A stretch of DNA of 64,000 bases, from assembly GCF_009914755.1 (NCBI RefSeq), contig NC_060935.1; one strand, written 5' to 3'. This document shows positions 48,188 to 64,000 of the stretch, piece by piece; position 1 is the stretch's first letter; every line of letters starts with the position of its first letter. The DNA comes from the human T2T-CHM13v2.0 reference genome, Homo sapiens. Position numbers and translations under genes: made by a program. The notes under the pieces were generated by a model. That model had not been told where the DNA came from, did not search any database, and was given only the letters and a program-made list of their open reading frames with translations.

Positions 48188-49579
48188 TGTCAGTCATGTT
48201 TTTAACTGTAACTATCCTGGAAATTTTGTCATTCAAAGACCATTTTGTCTTGCTTTGTTCCTTCTTAAAAGATAGGTTATAATCAAGCTATAAAACTTGA
48301 ACAGGTGTTCTCAAATGTGAGTTTTTAATAGCCTTGAAGATTGTAACATTGGAATAGAGAAAGAATGTGTGGGACTCATGAAGAACTGAAATGTTCACGA
48401 ATGTCAAGCAATACAAGAGTTAACTAAATGGACTGCACTCAGAAAGTTAAAGCAACCTTTTTGACTTTTACTTGGAATGTTGCTGATCCTTGTTTTGTTT
48501 TTCAGAGTTAAGAAAACTTATTTTAAACTATTTATGGCCTTTAATAATTGAGTAAGGTATACTCCTGCAAACAAAATTTGGAGCACGTTTGTTTCTGTCT
48601 GCCTGGTTCCTCTAGAAGTTGGAAACTGCCTGTGAGTACTCTTAACTTATGGAAATATAGTTGTTTGCATCAGTGCAATAAGATCCATTTTTCTTTTTCA
48701 ACAGGACACAACTGGAAAAGCTAGTTATTTTACCAAGGCTTTGACCGAAAGGGTATGCTTCCCTTTAAGAGTCTATCTTTACTTCCAGTGCCGATAAAAG
48801 CCTCTTGGGGAGAACTGGCCTCATCCCTTGTCTACACAGTCCCCGCACAGGGTTCCTAATCTGTGGTCAGTAAAGAATGTCACTTTCTAACAGGTCCAGG
48901 AGCTCCAAGTTTATCTTGGGACTCACAGGATAAAAACTCATGGCTGGGCTTTAAGAGGTCTTATCTGAGATTCCTTTTGAAACAGAGTGCCATCAAAGCC
49001 AATCCAAAAGGCTTACATAGAAATAATTATTCTTACTGTACTTTATGCAAATAATCAGGCCAAATATAAAACTAAAGTTTATTCTACAAACAACACAATA
49101 CTATCATAATTTGCTTTTACCAAAAATGGGGACTAGAGAGAGAAACTATGCTCTAAAGCTTATCATTATGCTCCAAAGCTTATCATACATTTGTCATTAA
49201 ATCATAGTCTCATTAATTGTTTTTCAGCTTTTTGCCTACATTTTAGACTAACCCTGCTTATTCCTGTGAATCAAGTGGTGATCTCCTGCAGCTTGGAAGA
49301 AACAAAAAGGCATAGGTAATGTGAAAATCTAGATCAATATGCTAGTTCTGGGCAATTATCCTGTAAATTCTGCCAGGTAATGAGAGTGAATAGGGTGCCC
49401 ATAACTCAGAGGTTTCTTTGTTTAGGGAAATAGAACCAAGGAACTTTATAGATCCCCAAAGGGAAATTCTATATCTTAGCAAGTAAAATTTTAGATGGAA
49501 ATTATCTACTTACACCACACTTGCAGGAATTGCTCTACTCACTCTACTATTTGTAGTAGAGCTATACACAGTAGCACTG

Positions 49580-49956
<377 letters not shown>

Positions 49957-50325
49957 TTATTATCCTTATAGTAGGGATAATAGCTGCCAACAAAAGGGAA
50001 GCATGAAAGTTTTACTATCACTGAGTTTGCTAGAACTTCTTATTGGGTTTGGTAATATGTCACATCCTGGTTATGCAAAGGTTATAAAGGAAAGAGATTT
50101 TCTGTGGAAGTCATGAAAGGATTGATAATTGCAGGAAAAATGTAGCCAAGGTTAACACTAAAGTTATTCTAGCCACCCAATCCAATGCCACTTTTCCTAA
50201 AAGGAATGTTACTTTTATATGAATGTTTCTGATTATGTACAGCGACATCTAGTGGAGGCAAACTGGTATTACAATCCATTGGTGTAACTAACAGGTATCA
50301 AACTCTACTGTCATAGTTATGGTCT

Positions 50326-50510
50326 ATAGGCCCTCCATTAACAGTGGTAATCTCGATACTCATATTCTAATCCTATATTTTAAACCTCCTTGTAAAATTT
50401 ATCTCTTTTCACCTAGAAGCAATCAAACCCCAAATGGTGCTGCAGACAGAGCCACACATGGACACACCATTCTTCTGAGAACACTTAGATTGACCTCAAG
50501 AGGAGGCCCA
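50326..50510 (+). pseudogene. ERV env TM/cytoplasmic-tail remnant
   Basis: Translates to IGPPLTVVISILIF*SYILNLLVKFISFHLEAIKPQMVLQTEP, resembling class I env C-termini; lies just before the polypurine tract. Confidence 0.75.
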
Positions 50511-50650
50511 ACCACTGTCCTCCAACAAGATGCCCCTTTTTAGCAGGAAGTAGCCAGAAAGAATCGTCATCCAATACCCCCTAACGGCAGTTAAGTTTAT
50601 GTCTGTAGAGGGGGGAAATAATACAGGAGTTATTAAGAAATTATTTTTAG

Positions 50651-57312
<6,662 letters not shown>

Positions 57313-59234
57313 AAGAAATTGTTTTTAGGTGGCTAGAAAGGGTGAAAGTTCTTGGAAATTTCCTTTAATAAAAAGCAACCCCTAAAACATTTTTTTCTAA
57401 CAAAAAGTGTCTTGAAAAGCCAGACCTGCAAGCATTGATATGCCAATGCCTGTGGCTAAAAACCAGGTCCACCCAATATGGCGTCTCCCACCCTCTTTTC
57501 CCTGTCACCACGTGTGCCAGGTGTCATAGCAGCCTTCAGATAAAGCCACGTGTACAAGCATCATGGCTGCCACCAGATGGAGATCTCATTTGCATAATAA
57601 AAGGCTAGGGTGGGAGGGCCAGTCTTTTCCTCAGCTACATAAATGGCACACCTGGTCAACCCAATACCTTGAGCCTTTGTAAATCAGTCACCGCCTCTTC
57701 AGCCCTCTGTACAAAACTGGGTTCCGCCACCAAAGAGACCCTCTTCAACCCGCTTTCTCAACATGAGGAAGCATTTTCTCTCTCTTTTATTTTTCTGTTA
57801 AACTTTCCGCTCCTGAACCCACTCCTCATGTGTGTCCGTGTCCTGAATTCTTTTTCAACTGAGACCAAGAGCCAGGGTATATATCCCAGACAATAGAGCC
57901 ATTTCAACATTGCCAACATTGTGCACTAAAACATGTGGACTTAGGACCAAAGGGGAACTAGGAAGGGAAAGTGAAGTAGGTAGGAAGAACAATTTCATTT
58001 TTGTAGCTGTCTGTAAAGCAGAATCCTTTATCCATTCATTAAGAATGTTAATGCTCGTAAGAGTTATCAAAATTTAGAGGTTGACCTAAAGCCTAATTCC
58101 CCTGTTTTCTTTGTATTTTATGTATTCTGACTGCAGTGTAAGCCATGAGAGGGTTTTAAACAGAAGAGATGGGTGATTTTTACTTATATTTGAGGGAAGA
58201 TGGGTGGAAAGGGAGCGGGGCTTAGGAGTAGGTGATTGAGAAGAGGTGAACCTAGAGGGGTGTGCAGGGCCAGATTGCACAGGGCTTTTTGGCTTTTTCT
58301 CTCTGGAATTTTATATGATCTCAATTTTATATTCTTAATATTCTGATTATGGTGATATGTGTTGGCATAGGTCTATTTTCATCCTTTGTGCAAAGTACTC
58401 AGTAGCCTCTTAGCCTGGAAATTTAGATCTTCAGTTTCGGGAAATTTTCTTGAAATTTTTTCTTCCTTCCATTTCCTCTTTATTATCTTTCCAGAATGTC
58501 CACTTTTCAGATGTTGAACTTCTTATATTGCTACTATAATGTTTTCCTATTTTGATTTGCTTGCTCTATTTTCTGAGATTGCGTCAACTTTATCTTGCTT
58601 ATTTTTATTGCAATGTGTGTAATATTTTCTTTTTTAAATTTCACCTTATTTTAACTTTGCAGAAAAAGTCATTTCCTTTTTTTAAAAAGAGGTAAACACC
58701 AAGAAAACACATCCTTCTCTGCCAGAGTTGCAATAGCACTAGACTATCAGAACATGGAGATGAAGACAGTGTCTTATCCTCTTTATAAGGTTGAGTATAG
58801 TGCATATCGATGGGAAGCACATGAGTTTATAATGTTGAATAAATGAGCAATAGAGATTGGATGTATTGAAAGAGGGTCTTGGGTATTCTTCTCATGCTGG
58901 AGAAAACCTCAGGTGTGACCCAGTTGTAGCTAGGTAAGTTCTAGGATCTCTGACACTGAGAAAGGGAAGAAATGCATGAGTGTGTTGGGTCTTCTCTGGA
59001 GAGGGCTTTCTTGTGCATGCACAAGTCATTCATATGTTCAGAACATTGTACTCTAAAGCAGCAGCTCTTTCTCACCCAGATATTCCTCCATCCTGTTTAT
59101 AGCACCATATTGGTGGCCAGAGCCTCTGCAAAAATAACCTTTTGATTTCAATCTCTCCTCTGTATTCCGCCTGCCATGATTCAGGCCTTTATTTTTACTT
59201 ACCTCTTTTGGGAGCCTTCTTATTTTCTAATTAG

Positions 59235-59582
<348 letters not shown>

Positions 59583-60579
59583 TATTTTTACTTATCTCCT
59601 TTGGAAGCCTTCTTATTTTCTAATTAGTCTCTAACTGCCTCTATTTTCTCAATTCTAGCATATTTTATATGAATCTTTGTGTTGCTATCCTTTTTTTAAA
59701 TAAGAAAACTACCACTAGCTGCTCATTCTCTATTGAATTATTAAAAATGTATCAATTTAGCATTCAAGGACTCATTCTCATGCACCCCAAGATACCAACA
59801 AAACTGACTACAAGTGTCTCCTGAGTATTTCCTTCCACCTAATGCCTTTCTTCTTATTGTTCTCTCTTTCTGGATGGTCACCCCTCATTTCTGCCCAGGA
59901 AATTTCTGCTCATTCTTTAAGATGCATCCCAGGGGTCACTTCCTTCATGAACCTTTCAGATTCTCCCAACCAGGTGTCGTTTCATCCTCTACAGAGCCTT
60001 GGAATGATTGTGTAACACTCTTGGCGCTCATCACATTCCAGTTTGTATTGTAGTTATTTGTGTACAGGTTTTCTCTCAACCTCAAGGGCAAAGGCCAAAT
60101 CTCATTCACTCTTGCCCCTTAGTAAAGCTCTGGATCTTGCACATTATGGTGTTCATCATTGACTTCATTTACTTAGGAAACCCAGGTTGTGTACTGCAGA
60201 AATGGATCACATGAAAATTTATATTCTTTCAACTAATATTTATCTGGTGTCTAGTTTCTTTGTTAACATTTTGTTACAGAATCAGATAATTAATGTCATG
60301 ATTTATTAATCCATTGAATTTACAGTAAAGAAACTAATAAAAAATGTCTGCACAGGCTGCACCAGAATGTTGATTTATAGGGATAACAATCAGAAAGTTA
60401 TTCTCTCTAGTACAAAAGTGGGGAAAAAAGATCAAACAATATAATTCTAATGTAAATAAATTTTGCATGAAGGAATATAGGAAGACATTTTAGTGTCAAA
60501 ATAATGTCAAGTCAGTAATGAAGGTTATGGTACATGATATATAATTATAGTACTTTTATGTCTGCAAAAATGTGTAGTC

Positions 60580-60881
60580 TTTCTTTTTTTTTTTTTTTTG
60601 AGATGGAGTCTTGCTCTGTCACACAGGCTGGAGTGCAGTGGCACAATCTCGGCTCACTGCAACCTCCACCTCCCGGGGTTCAAGTGATTCTCCTGCCTCA
60701 GCCTCCCTAGTAGCTGGGATTACAGGCGCCCGCCACCATGCCTGGCTAATTTTTGTACTTTTAGTAGAGACGGGGTTTCATCATGTTGGCCAGGCTGGTC
60801 TTGAACTCCTGACCTCAGGTGATCTGCTTCTTCGGCCTCCCAAAGTGTTGGGATTACAGGCATGACCCACCACACCTGGCC
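60580..60881 (-). mobile_element. AluS
   Basis: Full dimer; no clear TSD. Confidence 0.93.
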
Positions 60882-61001
60882 GTGAAGCCAGCTATTTCCA
60901 AGTGTCAATAAGTTCCACAGATTAGTCTGGGTTGCCTTTTTGTTTTTCTGAAGTTGAGTTTGCTGACCTTTCTCAGGGGAAAAACATACAGAATTTGTCT
61001 T

Positions 61002-61099
61002 TTTTTTATTATTATACTTTAAGTTCTAGGGTACATGTGCACAATGTGCAGGTTTGTTACATATGTATACATGTGCCATGTTATGGCAAGGACAGAAAC
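61002..61099 (-). mobile_element. Very short L1PA insertion with an inverted piece of about 17 nt
   Basis: L1 3' end; 13-bp TSD CAGAATTTGTCTT at 60989 and 61100. Confidence 0.88.
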
Positions 61100-62129
61100 C
61101 AGAATTTGTCTTAACTCCATTCTTTATTCCTTTTTGTTGTTCTGGCCTGTGGGCTTTGCCTACAGCACCTGCTTCTGCTTTCCGCATTTACTGATCCACT
61201 AAGTGTAAGTGTGACATATAGAGGTCTGTGTTGGTTGTTGTTTTGTGTTCAAACAGCTGAACATCTGGCCTCTCATGTGCAGGTGCACAGAACTCAGGAG
61301 AAGGGGTTTTAATTTAAGATAAAAAAAATAAGGATATGTGCTAGTTGCAGATGAGGGTTTGGGTGCTGGACTTAAGATGCTTCTGTGTTCAAAAACAAGG
61401 ATATATGAGTCCCTTATATGTCAGGGACAATGTACAGTGCTGGTCATAATATTCATTTTCTGAAAATGTCTTCACTGACATAATGGCTTCTGATTTGTCA
61501 TCCTGAACAAGTCTATTATATTTTATTTAGTTATTGTCCTCAATTTGCAAGGTTCATAAAGAGTTTCACACAGATGGCACCCAAAGTGCTTATTTCTCAT
61601 TGTGCTGAAATTAAACTTGAATATGCTATATATCAAATAAATAATCCATTCCATGCCATTAAAAGAGTTTAGAATGAGAGATGAAATAAATTTTGCAAAA
61701 AGTGTGCCCACATGTTCATTTTCTCCAAATAGCATAGTCATTACATTTAAAAACAATCATTGGTCAAAATAGAAAGTATTAAGAAAATACTAAGTATCAA
61801 TTGAGGTCTACCACATGTTCAGCAACAACTTAGGTGAGATGTGGGAGTAGGAAAAAGGAATACTTTATAACATCACAGAGAGGCAGATTTTGGCACAGGG
61901 AAGAGAAGTCAATGCAATACCTCAAGGAACCCAGTGGTGATCTAAGAAAACACTAGTTTGACCCATTGCCTCAATTAAGTATTTACCTTTCATAGCTAAG
62001 AAGAGAAGTAAATAGCCTTTCTTTATACTTTCTAGAAGTTGAGCTCAATGTTCTTTCGGAGAGAGCAGGCTCATCTCCATTATGTAGCGCCAATGACAAA
62101 TACCTGTATATGTCTGTATTTCCTTGGTC

Positions 62130-62540
62130 TGTCTTGCTCACCTGTTAAGACACCTTGCTGCACAACAGATGGCACATGCTTATCTTGTGGCAGTGAAGAG
62201 TTGACATCAAAGGCCAAGAAGACCTTGAAACTCATCCTTTTCAGCCCACAAGAGCAGCTTCTCTCTACCACAGACGATGAAAGCTGGAGATAACAGGGGC
62301 ATTCCCACCGCTGCACTCTCTCTTGTGGCCAGCTGACAGTTAACACAGGTGGGCGTGAGGTGCTGCCTACATTTTGAAGGTTGTCTATTGATGGGGAACA
62401 CCACCTCTCTGAGCTCAGGCCTCTGCTTTGGCCCGTGGAGCTGCTGCTTCTGAGAAGTAACCAGGTGGTGAATACCTGCCTGCTTTTCAGAAAATCCGAG
62501 GTGGCTGTCAAAACACCCACTATCATTCAAAGGCTGTCAG
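62130..62540. promoter_or_regulatory. Candidate thymocyte enhancer, probable human RAG anti-silencer element (ASE)
   Basis: Repeat-free segment with six E-boxes, two GATA, one perfect RUNX, two TCF/LEF and one Ikaros/RBPJ site. Its position beyond the IFTAP 3' end fits the mouse ASE. Confidence 0.65.
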
Positions 62541-63074
62541 GCAAGGTGGCCGTTTGAGGGGCCACTTTAGTTCTTGGTTTTTTTCAGAAGTCGAATTGGA
62601 TTGCCAAACAGCTTGCTCAACTGCCTCTTCCCATAAGCTAGATGGGAGGAAGGCTGGGTCTGTGTAACTTGGGGTGCGCACAACTAAAGTGCATAAAAAG
62701 AGAAGGAAGTGTTAAACGAGTCTGCCATTCCCCAAGCAAACATCATTTCATTGAAATTACACTGTGCTATTTTATCTTGACCCACAACCAAATGGAACTT
62801 GTAATACATTATCACATACGAGATAGTTAGCTCATTAATAAAACCCCAGGCAGGAGATGTAAACAATGAAAACTCCCACACATTACCACTATAATGCACT
62901 ACGATATTTTTCCTTCTTTTCATCAAAATTCTCCATGTAATTAAATCCCAAGTAAGTCAGCAAAAAAATCCTCATCTTTATTTATTGCACTTTTTTTGAA
63001 GTGAATTAGTTATTTTTCATACTGCTAAGTAGAAAATAAGCACAAACTCTGGGTCAGTGCTGAAAGTTTTCCTT

Positions 63075-63800
63075 ATACACAATAAATATTTATTGAATGC
63101 TTTTGCTCTGCCACCGGCACTCAAGAATTATCAGTGAATGAGACTGAACACATATTAGTAATCAATGCTATAATGAACATCAATCTGATTGAAGTGAGAG
63201 CGAGCATTTGGGTGCTCAGAGAAAGCCTCACTAAGGAAGTTACCAGTAAACTGAGTCTAGGATGCAAGATGGCGCTGAGCCTGCCATGACCTGGGGAAAG
63301 AGAGCTACTGGTTGAGTCAATAGCTGGATTAAAGACCAAGTTCGGTGTTCAGAGGAACATGAGGAAGGCCTATGTGGCTGAAGTGCAGTGAGGAAAGGCA
63401 AAGTTTGCTAGAGATGAGATCAGACAGGTGAGGGCTCTGGAGACTGTGACGTTGCTGGCTATGATAGTGTATTGAATTCTAATCTCAGTGCCATGAGGAG
63501 CCATTAAGTTGTTTAAGCATTTACTGTGCTTTATACTTCAAGAGATCAACTCCACTTGATGGGTTGAGATGGAGTCAAGAGAATAAGCAGGGTGACCAGG
63601 TCACAGGTAGCCTTGCAGCAATCCAGGTGTGGGGTGATGGTGGCTTGGCTTGGATGTTATTGGTGGAGGTGCGGAGGAGTGGATGGATTGAGGACTTGTT
63701 CTGGTGGTAGAGTTGATCAACATATAGTATGAAATTATATGGAAAGAGTGAGTAAATGAGAGGAGTTGAGGCTGAATCCTAGGTTTTTGCTTCATAGGCT
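63075..63800 (-). mobile_element. L2 3' region
   Basis: aaatatttattgaatgc...cagagaaagcctcactaaggaagt...gccattaagttgtttaagca. Confidence 0.65.
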
Positions 63801-64000
63801 TCTCTTCCATCTCCAAGGGTTAAAGCCAGGGATAAAGAAAAAGGTGTTGATTAGGGGTTGAGATTTGTCCAGAACTTTAAAAAATAACACTTTATGATAT
63901 TGTATGAGGTTTCATTCTCTATTATACCTCATGTTCTCTGAATTGGGTATAATACCTCTCTGACTTGGATAGCCAGGTGCTATCTTCCCTCTTTTCAAGT

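Noticed and set aside
62080-62530. 148-aa and 107-aa minus-strand ORFs
   Set aside because: No domain similarity or splice context; the higher GC of the regulatory segment lowers stop-codon frequency.

Overview
Human genomic DNA, which I recognise as the 3' part of IFTAP (C11orf74/NWC/HEPIS) next to the RAG1/RAG2 locus on 11p12, plus about 27 kb of downstream flank. Four IFTAP coding exons on the + strand splice in frame through canonical AG/GT sites to ...DLEKSCD-stop, followed by AATAAA. Most of the rest is transposable elements: five L1PA insertions (four with inverted segments), ten Alus including an AluYb8, a 15.5-kb MER4-group ERV1 provirus with a full-length L1 inside its 3' LTR, MaLR/ERVL LTRs, hAT/Tigger DNA elements, MIR and L2. 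A dense E-box/GATA/RUNX/TCF/Ikaros motif cluster at about 62.1-62.5 kb is the best candidate for the human counterpart of the RAG T-cell enhancer (anti-silencer element). I found no new protein-coding system. The most unusual signals are non-coding: a duplicated hairpin-forming element of about 120 bp, a 2.2-kb inverted L1 pair around one exon, a 76-bp target-site duplication, and L1 inversions down to about 20 nt. Repeat subfamily names and old-repeat boundaries are from visual recognition and are approximate.
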